Assembly (NCBI GenBank): GCA_017481725.1
Contig: JAFUOX010000043.1
Coordinates: 12,757 to 76,756, forward strand
Length of the DNA stretch: 64,000 bases
DNA from: Kiritimatiellia bacterium
GTDB taxonomy: Bacteria > Verrucomicrobiota > Kiritimatiellia > RFP12 > UBA3636
Reading direction: 5' to 3'
The position numbers and the translations under genes were made by a program. This document shows positions 1 to 9,706 of the stretch, piece by piece (the stretch's first letter is position 1; each line of letters begins with the position of its first letter). The notes beneath the pieces were generated by a model, which saw nothing but the letters and a program-made list of their open reading frames with translations, was not told the origin of the DNA and searched no databases.

Positions 1-1
1 T

Positions 2-1528
2 AGTCGCACAAGTAAGCTTCTTGCCACCATTTGTAAAAGCACTGTGATTTCAATGCTTGTGCTTTGTGGCACGGTGGCTATGTTCATTTTAACGATGAAA
101 TTTGGCACTCAGGGGCTTGGCTTTACTATGATTGAAAATGATGACTGGGGTAGAGTTTTTGTTCGCCTTGAGTGTCCTAGCTATTATGACTTAAATAAGA
201 CAACTGAGAAGGCAGAGGAGGCAATTGCTCGCATTAAGGATTTGCCAGATTTAGATTATGTGCTTCTGTCTGTTGGTAAGGCTGATGCTATGGGTGGTCA
301 GGCAAATGAAGGTGTTTACCTTGCACAGCTCGAGCTTGTTTTTAAATCTGTGTATGAGCGAGATTGGAAGATAACCGATACAATCGTTGATGTGCGTAAG
401 CGCTTATCAAAGGTGACAGATGTAATTTCAACAGTATCTATTCCATCAACAACAGGTGGCACACAGAATACGCTTGATCTAAATATTTCTGGTCCAGAGC
501 TTGAGCAGCTCGCCATGCGTGCACAGCGCCTTCAACAGCTTGCTATGCACAATCCAGGCGTTGGTCAGATAGATACGACTGCGCGTGATGATAAGCCAGA
601 ATTGCTAATTACTCCAAAGCGGGCTGTGTTGAACGATATTGGCTTCACAGCACAGGGGCTTGGCACAATGCTTCGTGGCAATGTTGACGGCATTGAGGCG
701 GCTTCCTATAAGGCGGGTGAAAAGACAATTGATATTCGCGTTAAGTTCAAGGAGCAGCAGGGTGCAGCTCAGGTGGATGCTTTTGCAATTCCTGGCTACA
801 CGGGCTTTCCTGTGCCGCTAACCACAATTGCAGAGGTAAAACGCAGTGCTTCAAAGATTCTTATTTATCGCGTTGATAAGGAGAGAACAGTTAAGGTTGT
901 TGGTGCTGAAACACCAGGCTACGCATCTGGAACAGTTATCAATGAATTGCAGCAAACGGCGGTCGAAAATGAGTTAGTCGGCTCAGATGGTTACTATATT
1001 CGTCCATCTGGTCAAGCAGAAATGATTGATGAGTCTGTTGCTGATTTTGGTGAGGCTATTCTTTTGGCAATTTTGATGACATATCTAACACTTGCTGCGA
1101 TACTTGAAAGCTTTGTTCGTCCATTTATCGTGCTATTGACAATTCCGATGTCACTTATTGGAGTAATAATTGCTTTGCAGGTTTCAGGCATGAATATTTC
1201 AATTTTCGTGCTGCTCGGTATTGTGCTATTGATTGGTGTTGTGGTAAATGCTGCCGTATTGATAGTTGACCGCATGGGTCAGTTAATCGTAGAAGGATTA
1301 GGAAAGCGAGAGGCTATGCTTAAGGCTGTTGAGGATACCTTCCGTTCGGTGGTAATGGTTGTGGCAGCGTCTGGCTTAGGAATGGTTCCTATAGCAATGG
1401 CAAGTGGTATTGGTGCAGTTAATCGTATTGGTATTGGAGCTGCGTCTGTCGGTGGCATTATCTCTGCCGGCATTTTGACAGTTTTAGTAATCCCAATACT
1501 GTATGTTCGTTGTGTCAAAAAACATTAA
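2..1528 (+). CDS. RND (AcrB/HAE1-type) efflux transporter permease, C-terminal half; the 5' end lies off the left edge
   Basis: The frame is open from nt 2, with no stop upstream of the GTG at 44. The translation shows a periplasmic porter region followed by a multi-TM bundle (FVRPFIVLLTIPMSLIGV, VVNAAVLIVDR, GLGMVPIAMASGIGA) typical of RND permeases. Confidence 0.85.
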   Translation, partial: SRTSKLLATICKSTVISMLVLCGTVAMFILTMKFGTQGLGFTMIENDDWGRVFVRLECPSYYDLNKTTEKAEEAIARIKDLPDLDYVLLSVGKADAMGGQANEGVYLAQLELVFKSVYERDWKITDTIVDVRKRLSKVTDVISTVSIPSTTGGTQNTLDLNISGPELEQLAMRAQRLQQLAMHNPGVGQIDTTARDDKPELLITPKRAVLNDIGFTAQGLGTMLRGNVDGIEAASYKAGEKTIDIRVKFKEQQGAAQVDAFAIPGYTGFPVPLTTIAEVKRSASKILIYRVDKERTVKVVGAETPGYASGTVINELQQTAVENELVGSDGYYIRPSGQAEMIDESVADFGEAILLAILMTYLTLAAILESFVRPFIVLLTIPMSLIGVIIALQVSGMNISIFVLLGIVLLIGVVVNAAVLIVDRMGQLIVEGLGKREAMLKAVEDTFRSVVMVVAASGLGMVPIAMASGIGAVNRIGIGAASVGGIISAGILTVLVIPILYVRCVKKH

Positions 1529-1607
1529 ATGAAAACATGTACTTCACGTGAGATTTTTGACGAAAATATTTGCTGCTCATAGAATGAGTGTCTTATATAA
1601 TTTTGAA

Positions 1608-1636
1608 TTTACAAAGTTCCGTCTAGGTAGTATAAT
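1608..1636 (+). promoter_or_regulatory. sigma70-type promoter candidate (TTTACA-17 nt-TATAAT)
   Basis: TTTACA at 1608-1613, a 17-nt spacer, then TATAAT at 1631-1636. It sits about 40 nt upstream of the ATG at 1676. Confidence 0.4.
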
Positions 1637-1675
1637 TTCGCCTCATAAATTTTGGTTATATAAAGGAAATAGTTT

Positions 1676-2488
1676 ATGAATAGTCCATATAAAGCAATGA
1701 CAATAGCTGGCTCTGATGTTAGTGGTGGAGCTGGCTTGGAAGCAGATTTAAAAACATTTCAGGAGCATGGCGTTTATGGCATGGTTGCGCTAACCTGTAT
1801 TGTTGCACAGAATCCAACTGCCGAATGGCGTCATGATGTTTATCCTATTGAGTTGAATGTAATTGAGGCTCAATTAGCAACAATTCTTGATGGAATTGGT
1901 GTAAATGCAGCAAAGACAGGTATGCTTGCAACACATGAGTTAATTCAATTGGTTGTAAAGACAATTAAAGAGCATAACACACCAAATCTTGTAGTTGATC
2001 CTGTAATGGCATGTAAGGGGGCTGCAACACCTCTAAATCCAGAGGTTGCAAATGCTTTGCGTGATGAATTGATGCCACTTTCAACAGTTATCACACCAAA
2101 TCTTTATGAGGCTGCAATTATGTCAGGTCTCGGAGAGATTAATTCAGTTGAAGGTATGGAAAAGGCAGCAAAGGAGCTTTGCAAGGCTGGTGCACGCACT
2201 GTACTCATTAAAGGAGGAAGCAAGCTTCCAAATGCAACAAAAGCTATTGATATTGTGTGCACTGGAGGTGTGGTAAGTCGCCTTGAAAGTGATTTAATAC
2301 CTAATGCTTATACACATGGTGCCGGCTGCACAATTTCAGCAGCAATTTGTGCAAATCTTGCAAAGGGTATGCCTGTGGCTGATGCAATTATTAAGGCAAA
2401 AGAATTTGAGCAAGCAGCTCTTAAGGGGTCTTTCCCTTTAAATCGTTGGGTTGGTCCTCTACGTCATGCAGCATGGCGCGGTCTATAA
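1676..2488 (+). CDS. pdxK: pyridoxal/HMP(-P) kinase of the ThiD/PdxK family
   Basis: MTIAGSDVSGGAGLEADLKTFQEHGVYGM, DPVMACKG and THGAGCT motifs are present. End-to-end resemblance to Bacillus-type PdxK/ThiD kinases is from memory. An AAGGAAA RBS precedes the start. Confidence 0.8.
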   Translation: MNSPYKAMTIAGSDVSGGAGLEADLKTFQEHGVYGMVALTCIVAQNPTAEWRHDVYPIELNVIEAQLATILDGIGVNAAKTGMLATHELIQLVVKTIKEHNTPNLVVDPVMACKGAATPLNPEVANALRDELMPLSTVITPNLYEAAIMSGLGEINSVEGMEKAAKELCKAGARTVLIKGGSKLPNATKAIDIVCTGGVVSRLESDLIPNAYTHGAGCTISAAICANLAKGMPVADAIIKAKEFEQAALKGSFPLNRWVGPLRHAAWRGL

Positions 2489-2507
2489 TTCTAGGAAATA
2501 ATATAAT

Positions 2508-3026
2508 ATGAGTGGAGCAAGCGTACAAAAAGGCAATAGTGGTAAAGCAACCCTCCGTGATGTTGCAGAGGCTGCTGATTGCTCTATTGCGCTTGCTTCT
2601 CATGTACTCAATAAATCATACGGCAATATAAGCTGTACGCCTGAGATGTTGGCAAAGATTGAGCGTGTAGCTGAGGAGCTTGGCTATGCTTCTATGCGTA
2701 GTAAGCATTTGGCACAATCAGCACGCTCATATTGTATTGGCGTAAATATTGTCGGTCTAGAGCATAATGCAGAATTATCAAAAAATCTAGCTGAGCTTGA
2801 GCACGTGGCTATCGCAGCAGGCTATTCTTTAATGGTGTTTGGTTTTTCTGCCTCAATTGATGAAGCATTAGTTTTCTTTGAGAAAAAGATTAAAAAATCA
2901 CAAATTGATATTTTAGTAGATTTATCTGGTTCTTTAGAGCAAAAGCTTTCCACTCTAGTTGATAAATATATTTCTGCTGGGCTAGATATTGCTTCTCGTT
3001 GTAAAAAGGCAATTGCATCTCTCTAA
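2508..3026 (+). CDS. LacI-family HTH regulator, short or truncated form (172 aa)
   Basis: N-terminal ATLRDVAEAADCSIALASHVLNK is a LacI-type HTH. Only about 110 aa of the sugar-binding-like core follow, against about 270 aa in full-length members. Confidence 0.65.
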   Translation: MSGASVQKGNSGKATLRDVAEAADCSIALASHVLNKSYGNISCTPEMLAKIERVAEELGYASMRSKHLAQSARSYCIGVNIVGLEHNAELSKNLAELEHVAIAAGYSLMVFGFSASIDEALVFFEKKIKKSQIDILVDLSGSLEQKLSTLVDKYISAGLDIASRCKKAIASL

Positions 3027-3308
3027 GAGACATGAACGCTATTTTTATAGTGTCGTAGCTTATTTTCTCATTGCGTGGGAAATACCCTTTTGCCGCATTT
3101 TAGTTTTTTCATAATGCTCTTAAGCTGAAAATCATATAATTTTAGTCTTGCTCCTGCATAAATCAAGATAGTTCCCTAAAAACTTTGTTACAATTCCATC
3201 GATTATTATAAATTTGTGGTTGCATAATAATTTTATTTGTTTTATAATTATTATGTAATTTTTAATAAACATTTATATTGATTTGATTTTTTTACACAAG
3301 GAGTTGCT

Positions 3309-4670
3309 ATGTTTTTATGGTTCCCTAAATTTGGTCAGTGTGTTGCTGAACCGCAAATTGTTTTAGCTGGTAATTCTCGCTGGACGGAGCGTCATATTCA
3401 GTGTATTTGGTATGATTCATCATTACGTCCGGAACGGCTTCGTACGGATACAGGTGAAGAATTTTCTATAATAAACCCTGGTGTGTGGAATCTAGAAGAA
3501 GGTCCAGATTTTCTTGGTGCAGAAATTTTATTTCATAAAACAGGAAAAATCACAAGAGGAGATATTGAGCTCCATGTGCGCCCGTCTGATTGGGTTGCTC
3601 ATCGCCATTCTGGAGATGAAAATTATTCAAATCTCATAATGCATGTATGTTGGTTTGGTGGCTATAATTCTGCACCTTTGCCTCCACATATTTATAATGT
3701 TACCCTTAAAGAGCAGATTTTAATTCAGCAGAGCTTTTCTTTTGAAAAAATTGCTGTTGCTGCCTATCCTCATGCTGTATTAAATGAGGCTCCTCCATGT
3801 AGCGAACATGTAGCAGCTTTATCGAAAGAACAGCTCTACAAATTGTTGCTTACATCTGGTGAGAGTAGATTGCGCAGAAAAAGTGCAGATATGGCTGCAC
3901 GATATAGCGAGGTAGGGGATATTCGTCAGCTTTTTCAAGAGGAGTTTTTTGCATCCCTTGGATATAAGAATAATAAAGAGCAATTTAGGTCTGTTGCAAG
4001 GTTGCTACCTAATCATGAGCTTTGCTCAATACATAATCCAAAGGAACGATATGCTATTTTACTTGCAGTGTCGGGTTTATTGAAAAATATGGATAAGTCA
4101 CCAATGTATCGGGAATTGTGGGATTTGGCTTGGCAGCATGGCTATGCAGATGCAATTGACGCATTTCCTCTTGAATGGAAAACAAATTCTCTTCGACCAC
4201 AAAATAAACCAGAAAATCGGATGCTGCTTGCCGCATGGCTTTTTGGTGGAAAAAATCGCCTCTTTGATGACATTTTTGCTCTACCACGAAAATCTTCTAA
4301 GGGTTGGTGGCGAGCTCTCAAAAATTTGTTTAAGGAGGCTCTTAGGGATGCAGAACTATATGGTATTCGTCCAACCTTAGGTACTGCTAGAATTGTAAGC
4401 ATCGCAATAAACGTCATTATCCCAATGCTTGCTATCCAAGATCCAGATTGTATACAACTTGCAGAGGCTTTGCCAGGAGAAGCGGATAATTCCATAATAA
4501 GAGAGACAGCATTTCGGCTCATAGGAAGAGATCATAATCCCGCAATTTATAGTGGTGCCGCTTTATACCAACAAGGGCTAATAGAAATTTGGTATAGATT
4601 TTGCCTTACAGCTCGTGTAGGATGTTCAAATTGTGTCTTGGCAAAATCCCTAAAAGAATGTAAAATATAG
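3309..4670 (+). CDS. DUF2851-family protein
   Basis: An AAGGAG RBS precedes the start. The N-terminal pattern ERHIQCIW..GPDF..GDIELHVRPSDWVAHRH..YSNLIMHVCW matches my recollection of DUF2851. Confidence 0.6.
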   Translation: MFLWFPKFGQCVAEPQIVLAGNSRWTERHIQCIWYDSSLRPERLRTDTGEEFSIINPGVWNLEEGPDFLGAEILFHKTGKITRGDIELHVRPSDWVAHRHSGDENYSNLIMHVCWFGGYNSAPLPPHIYNVTLKEQILIQQSFSFEKIAVAAYPHAVLNEAPPCSEHVAALSKEQLYKLLLTSGESRLRRKSADMAARYSEVGDIRQLFQEEFFASLGYKNNKEQFRSVARLLPNHELCSIHNPKERYAILLAVSGLLKNMDKSPMYRELWDLAWQHGYADAIDAFPLEWKTNSLRPQNKPENRMLLAAWLFGGKNRLFDDIFALPRKSSKGWWRALKNLFKEALRDAELYGIRPTLGTARIVSIAINVIIPMLAIQDPDCIQLAEALPGEADNSIIRETAFRLIGRDHNPAIYSGAALYQQGLIEIWYRFCLTARVGCSNCVLAKSLKECKI

Positions 4671-4713
4671 TGCAATTTTTTGTTGAAGTTTATTATAATT
4701 TGAAGGCAATGGG

Positions 4714-5202
4714 ATGAGCAAGGAGACAAAGGAATTTCCTGTAACACCAGGTATCCGTGTGCTACGTGCAGCAAAGGTGCAATATGAGGCACATAAATAT
4801 ACCTACGAGGAGCATGGCGGCACTGGCCAATGTGCTGAGGTTTTGGGTATTGATGAGCATTATGTGATTAAAACCATTGTTTTAAAAACAGATGCAGGCA
4901 AACCATTTATTGTTCTTATGCATGGAGATAATGAGATTTCTCAAAAGGAAATGGCTCGAATCTTAAAGGTAAAGCATACAGAGCCATGCACAGTAGATGA
5001 AGCACAGAAGTATAGTGGATACTTTTGTGGAGGAATAAGCCCATTTGGATTTCGTAAGCAAGTGCCGGTGTATGCACAAAAAACAATTTTTGATTTAGAT
5101 TGGATTGTAATAAATGGTGGTGCAAGAGGCTTTTTCGTTAAAATAAAGCCTGAGATTTTGAAGACAGTTGTAAATGCAGTGCCTGTTGATGCAGAACAAT
5201 AG
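4714..5202 (+). CDS. ybaK: Cys-tRNA(Pro)/Cys-tRNA(Cys) deacylase, YbaK/EbsC family
   Basis: About 160 aa with VIKTIVLK, SGYFCGGISPFG and IVINGGARG motifs of the YbaK editing domain. Confidence 0.8.
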   Translation: MSKETKEFPVTPGIRVLRAAKVQYEAHKYTYEEHGGTGQCAEVLGIDEHYVIKTIVLKTDAGKPFIVLMHGDNEISQKEMARILKVKHTEPCTVDEAQKYSGYFCGGISPFGFRKQVPVYAQKTIFDLDWIVINGGARGFFVKIKPEILKTVVNAVPVDAEQ

Positions 5203-5214
5203 GAATTAATAATT

Positions 5215-6423
5215 ATGAGTATTTTTTCAAAGATATGTAGGAAGGATGTTGGTGCGGAATTATTTTTCCCAAGTATATTTGTTTGGGGTGTCGGTGTTGG
5301 CTGCTTTGCAGCAACACTTAATAATTTTCTTGTAGATATTCACCATGTCGGAGGAACAGAGCGCGGCATCATGGAGTTTTTCCGTGAAACACCAGGTGTT
5401 TTATTGGTGTTCATATTGGCAATGCTGCAAAGGCTTACAAATTGGAAGATTTTACGATTGGGTATTGCATTCTCTTTGCTAGCTGCCGGACTTTTGCTTA
5501 TACCAACCAAATTCATGGGAGCAGTAATTTTTATAACAATCTTTTCTCTTGGTGAGCATGTTGTTATGCCTGTAAGACAGGTGATTGCTATTAGCATTGC
5601 ACGTTCAGGGAAAGAAGGTGAATCGCAAGGACTTGTGACGAGTGCTATTAGTGCCGGAACAGTTGTGGGGTCTCTTATCGTTGCTGGTGTTTTCTTTGCT
5701 CTACCAAAATGGTTTGGAATAGAAGATATTAGGCTCATGTATAATACCGTCTGGTGTATCATAATGGGATTACTCATAATAAGTATCGGTTTGACTTTTA
5801 TGGGAAAAATTGAGGATATTAAAGGGAGAAGACCGAACCTATATTTTAATAAAAAATTCTGGAGGTTTTATACTCTTGAGCTGTTTTATGGTGCCCGTAA
5901 GCAGGTTTTTCTAACTTTTGGACCACTCCTACTCATTAAAGCATATAGTATGGATACAAAGCAGATTGCTATGCTATTTGGTGTTAGTGCTTTGATTACT
6001 GCGATTTTTGGAGGCCGTTTAATTGGTAAGCTTGTTGATTACTTTGGGTATCGCAATATTATGATTTATGATACTGTGATATTGCTTGTTGTTTGTCTTC
6101 TATATGGATTTGCAGATAAAATTTTCCCTATGCATATTGCAATATATGTTGTTTGCATCACCTATATTTTGGATATGCTTATAAGCCACGCTGCAATGGC
6201 TTCATATGTCTACGCATCAACACTTTCTAATTCGAAGGAAGAACTAACAGCAACGCTTTCCTCTGGAATTTCTGTTAATCATGTAATTTCTGTATTGGTT
6301 GCAATTGCCGGAGGAGTTGCTTATGATAAGCTTGGACCAGCATTTCTTTTCGGCTTTGCCGCCGTTATGTCCCTTGCAAATACGCTATTTGCAATAACAA
6401 TTCCAAAGGTAAAAGCAAATTAA
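5215..6423 (+). CDS. MFS-type transporter
   Basis: A 402-aa polytopic membrane protein with about 12 hydrophobic segments and a central basic loop (KGRRPNLYFNKKFWR). Confidence 0.65.
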   Translation: MSIFSKICRKDVGAELFFPSIFVWGVGVGCFAATLNNFLVDIHHVGGTERGIMEFFRETPGVLLVFILAMLQRLTNWKILRLGIAFSLLAAGLLLIPTKFMGAVIFITIFSLGEHVVMPVRQVIAISIARSGKEGESQGLVTSAISAGTVVGSLIVAGVFFALPKWFGIEDIRLMYNTVWCIIMGLLIISIGLTFMGKIEDIKGRRPNLYFNKKFWRFYTLELFYGARKQVFLTFGPLLLIKAYSMDTKQIAMLFGVSALITAIFGGRLIGKLVDYFGYRNIMIYDTVILLVVCLLYGFADKIFPMHIAIYVVCITYILDMLISHAAMASYVYASTLSNSKEELTATLSSGISVNHVISVLVAIAGGVAYDKLGPAFLFGFAAVMSLANTLFAITIPKVKAN

Positions 6424-6457
6424 TGCTACATTTGTGGCTTAACAAAGGACGCATATT

Positions 6458-7363
6458 ATGAATACAAAGGAAAATATTCTTGAGGCAGTAGGAAAAACAC
6501 CGTTGGTTCGAATCAATAGGCTTTCTAAGGACTGTAAAGCAAATATTTTTGCTAAGGTTGAGTATTTTAATCCAGGTGGCTCAGCAAAGGATCGTGTGGC
6601 ATTAAAGATGGTTGAGACAGCCGAGAAGCAAGGCTTGCTTTCACCAGGTGGATTGATTATTGAACCAACAAGCGGAAATACAGGAATTGGGCTTGCACTT
6701 GTTGCCGCAGTAAAGGGCTATCGTTTGATTTTAACAGTGCCTGATACGATGAGTATTGAACGTAGGCGTCTGCTTGCTGCGTATGGTGCCGAGGTTGTGC
6801 TAACACCAGGAGCAGAGGGCATGAGTGGTGCAATCGAAAAGGCAAAGTCTTTGCAAGAGGAAAACCCAGGCTCATTTATCCCTCAGCAATTTGAAAATCC
6901 AGCAAATTCCTATGCTCATTTTACCTCGACAGGTCCAGAAATTTTTGCTGATTTAGATGGTGAGGTTGATTGCTTTGTTGCAACAGTTGGCACCTCAGGA
7001 ACTCTCTCTGGTACAAGCCGTTATCTCCGATCAAAATGCAAGAAGCTTCATGTTGTTGCGGTTGAGCCAGCTGCTTCTCCAATGCTTTCTGAAGGCAAGT
7101 CAGGAGTGCATAAAATTCAAGGAATTGGAGCAAATTTTGTCCCTCCAATTCTAGACAAAAGTGATTATGATGAAATCATAACCGTTGCTGATGAAACAGC
7201 AATAGCACTCTCTAAGGAAACAGCTGTAAAGGAAGGCTTGCTCGTTGGAATATCCTCTGGTGCTGCATTAGCCGCTGCAATAGAGATAGGTAAACGAGAT
7301 GATTTTGCTGGAAAGAATATTGTTGTTCTTTTGCCTGATTCAGGTGAGCGTTACCTAGCATAA
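6458..7363 (+). CDS. cysK: cysteine synthase A (O-acetylserine sulfhydrylase)
   Basis: KVEYFNPGGSAKDR (PLP lysine), TSGNTGIGLA and GTSGTLSG motifs; about 300 aa. Confidence 0.92.
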   Translation: MNTKENILEAVGKTPLVRINRLSKDCKANIFAKVEYFNPGGSAKDRVALKMVETAEKQGLLSPGGLIIEPTSGNTGIGLALVAAVKGYRLILTVPDTMSIERRRLLAAYGAEVVLTPGAEGMSGAIEKAKSLQEENPGSFIPQQFENPANSYAHFTSTGPEIFADLDGEVDCFVATVGTSGTLSGTSRYLRSKCKKLHVVAVEPAASPMLSEGKSGVHKIQGIGANFVPPILDKSDYDEIITVADETAIALSKETAVKEGLLVGISSGAALAAAIEIGKRDDFAGKNIVVLLPDSGERYLA

Positions 7364-7471
7364 TTTTAAGGAAATATCATGTCGTAAAGTGTCAAATATA
7401 AAAGACATATTACGATTTTATTCATTTCCCCTTTCGGTGTCTTTTATTTTGACATATTACGAATGCCCTAG

Positions 7472-7491
7472 AATTAATTATATAATTAATT
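7472..7491. promoter_or_regulatory. perfect 20-bp AT palindrome (AATTAATTATATAATTAATT), candidate operator upstream of argJ
   Basis: Self-complementary over all 20 nt. It lies about 100 nt upstream of the argJ ATG and is flanked by inverted ATTACGA/TCGTAAT copies at 7456-7462 and 7492-7498. Confidence 0.3.
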
Positions 7492-7592
7492 TCGTAATTT
7501 ACTTTGATTTCTAATTATGGCATAATATGCAAGTTTTTAGTGCTATATTATATAGTTTAGAAAATCACGAAAATTTTTAGGGTGAACATTCG

Positions 7593-8798
7593 ATGAAAAT
7601 CATAGAAAATGGTACTGTCACTTCCGCCAAAGGATTTATGGCAAGCGGAGTAGCTGCTGGAATCAAGGTAAATAGACTTGATATGTCAATTATTGCTTCC
7701 GACCGCCCAGCAGTTTGTGCAGCAATGTTTACACAGAATCGCGTGCCTGCGGCTCCTGTTCAGTATGATAAGCCATTGGCAGCAAAAGGTAACTGCCGAG
7801 CAGTGGTTGTGAATGTTGGCTGTGCTAATGCTTGCACAGGTGAGGGTGGCTATGCAGATGCTGTCGAGATGGGTCAGCTTGCTTCTGCTGCAATCAATAT
7901 CCCAGTAGAGGAGATGCTTGTCTGCTCAACAGGCACAATCGGTCGCCGCTTGCCAATGGATCGAGTACGCAATGGTATTAAGCTTGCTGCTGAAGCTCTT
8001 TCTTATGATGGTGGTACTGCTGCCGCAGATGCAATTCTAACAACAGACCTTGTCCCAAAGAAGGCAGCTGTTTCAATTTCAATCGATGGCACAGAAGTTG
8101 TTGTTGGTGGAATTTGCAAGGGCTCTGGCATGATTTGCCCTAATCTCGCAACAACTCTTTGCTTTATCACAACAGATGCAAAGGTAAAGCAGTCTGCACT
8201 TCAGGCTGCAACTCGTGCAGCAGTTGAAAAATCTTTTAATCGCATCACTGTTGATGGCGACCAAAGCACAAATGACACATTTGTTGTTTTTGCAAATGGT
8301 GCCGCTGGTTGTGCAGAGCTTGATGAAGCACACCCAGATTGGAGCAAGTTCGTTGAAGCTCTAACTGAGGTTGCAACAAGCCTAGCAAAGCAGATTGTTA
8401 TGGATGGTGAGGGTGCAACAAAGTTTGTTGCTATCACTGTTGAGAAGGCTGTGTCAAACGCAGATGCACTTCTTGCTTGCCGCGAGATTGCAAATTCTCC
8501 TCTATTCAAGACAGCTTGTTTCGGCGGAGATCCAAACTGGGGTCGCGTAATCTCTGCTGTTGGAAACTCAGGCTGCGAGGTTGAGGAGCTAAAGACAGAA
8601 ATTTATTTTGATGATGTTTGTGTGTTCAATAAGGGTAAGCTTGCTAGTGAAGAGGATAATGAGCGCTTGGCAAAGGTTATGGCACAGCGTGCATTCAGCG
8701 TAACTGTTAAGCTAAACCTTGGCGAAGGAGAGGACACTGTTTACACGAGCGACCTTTCCTATGGCTATGTAAAAATCAATGGCGAGTACACAACATAA
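7593..8798 (+). CDS. argJ: bifunctional glutamate N-acetyltransferase / amino-acid acetyltransferase
   Basis: About 400 aa with VTSAKGF, GICKGSGMI.PNLATTLCFITTDA (autoprocessing Thr region) and a C-terminal GYVKINGEYTT. Confidence 0.92.
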   Translation: MKIIENGTVTSAKGFMASGVAAGIKVNRLDMSIIASDRPAVCAAMFTQNRVPAAPVQYDKPLAAKGNCRAVVVNVGCANACTGEGGYADAVEMGQLASAAINIPVEEMLVCSTGTIGRRLPMDRVRNGIKLAAEALSYDGGTAAADAILTTDLVPKKAAVSISIDGTEVVVGGICKGSGMICPNLATTLCFITTDAKVKQSALQAATRAAVEKSFNRITVDGDQSTNDTFVVFANGAAGCAELDEAHPDWSKFVEALTEVATSLAKQIVMDGEGATKFVAITVEKAVSNADALLACREIANSPLFKTACFGGDPNWGRVISAVGNSGCEVEELKTEIYFDDVCVFNKGKLASEEDNERLAKVMAQRAFSVTVKLNLGEGEDTVYTSDLSYGYVKINGEYTT

Positions 8799-8827
8799 GC
8801 TTCAGTAGTTTTTTAAGGTGTATTTTT

Positions 8828-9706
8828 ATGATGGAAGAATATATTAAAAAAGCAGACACTCTAATTGAGGCTTTGCCATATATTGCTCGTTTTAAGGGCG
8901 AAATGATTGTGGTAAAGCTCGGTGGCAGTGTAATGGAGAGCGAAGAGAATCTACGCTCTATTTTGACCGATATCGCATTTATGCGTATAGTCGGTATGCG
9001 CCCAATTGTGGTGCACGGAGGTGGTAAAGCCATCTCTCGTGGTTTAGCAAAGGCTGGTATTGAGACAAAGTTTGTTCAGGGCTTCCGCGTGACAGATGAG
9101 GCCTCTATGAAGGTCATGGAGGATGTTATCAAGAATGAGGTTAATGCTAGTGTTGTTAAAATTCTTCGTGAAGCTGGCGTAGATGCTCAGCCAATGTATG
9201 GCGACAATATTTATTTTACAACCCGCAAAACCGGCAAGGATTCTGAAACTGGTGCAACTATTGATTGGGGCTATGTTGGTATCCCAATGTCAGCAGATAC
9301 TGGTCCAGTGCGTGAGCTACTTCATGCAGATACAATCCCTGTGATTTGCCCAGTTGGTAGGGGTGCAGATGGTCATGCCTATAACATCAATGCTGATGTG
9401 GCAGCGTCTGCTCTTGCAAAGGCTCTAAAGCCTCGTAAGCTTGCTTTTGTTTCTGATGTGCCTGGTCTATTGCGAGATCCAGCAGACCCTAGCTCTCTAA
9501 TCAACACGATTACTGCAGAGCAAGGTCAGGAACTAATTAATCAAGGAATTGCTGGTGGCGGTATGCTACCAAAAATACAGAGCTGCCTTGAGGCTTTGGC
9601 CGCAGGCGTTCGTAAGGTTCATCTTGTTGATGGCAGAATGCCACACTCGCTTCTGCTTGAAATATTTACTAATAACGGTGTAGGAACGGAGATAGTTAGA
9701 CAATGA
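8828..9706 (+). CDS. argB: acetylglutamate kinase
   Basis: VVKLGGS, VVHGGG and YNINAD motifs. The stop overlaps the argD start (ATGA). Confidence 0.92.
   Translation: MMEEYIKKADTLIEALPYIARFKGEMIVVKLGGSVMESEENLRSILTDIAFMRIVGMRPIVVHGGGKAISRGLAKAGIETKFVQGFRVTDEASMKVMEDVIKNEVNASVVKILREAGVDAQPMYGDNIYFTTRKTGKDSETGATIDWGYVGIPMSADTGPVRELLHADTIPVICPVGRGADGHAYNINADVAASALAKALKPRKLAFVSDVPGLLRDPADPSSLINTITAEQGQELINQGIAGGGMLPKIQSCLEALAAGVRKVHLVDGRMPHSLLLEIFTNNGVGTEIVRQ

Noticed and set aside
1529-1675. Possible TPP riboswitch upstream of the ThiD/PdxK-family gene
   Set aside because: I looked for the conserved CUGAGA / ACCUGAUCUGGAUAAUGC-type core and found none. The region instead holds a plain promoter-like TTTACA-17-TATAAT.
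4142-4522. 126-aa antisense ORF, and other 77-81-aa ORFs, inside the DUF2851 gene
   Set aside because: They are embedded in a longer ORF with family-specific motifs and have no independent signals.
6505-6514. GGTTCGAATC, a tRNA T-arm-like string
   Set aside because: It lies inside the cysK coding sequence (PLVRINRL). No acceptor or anticodon arms can be folded around it.
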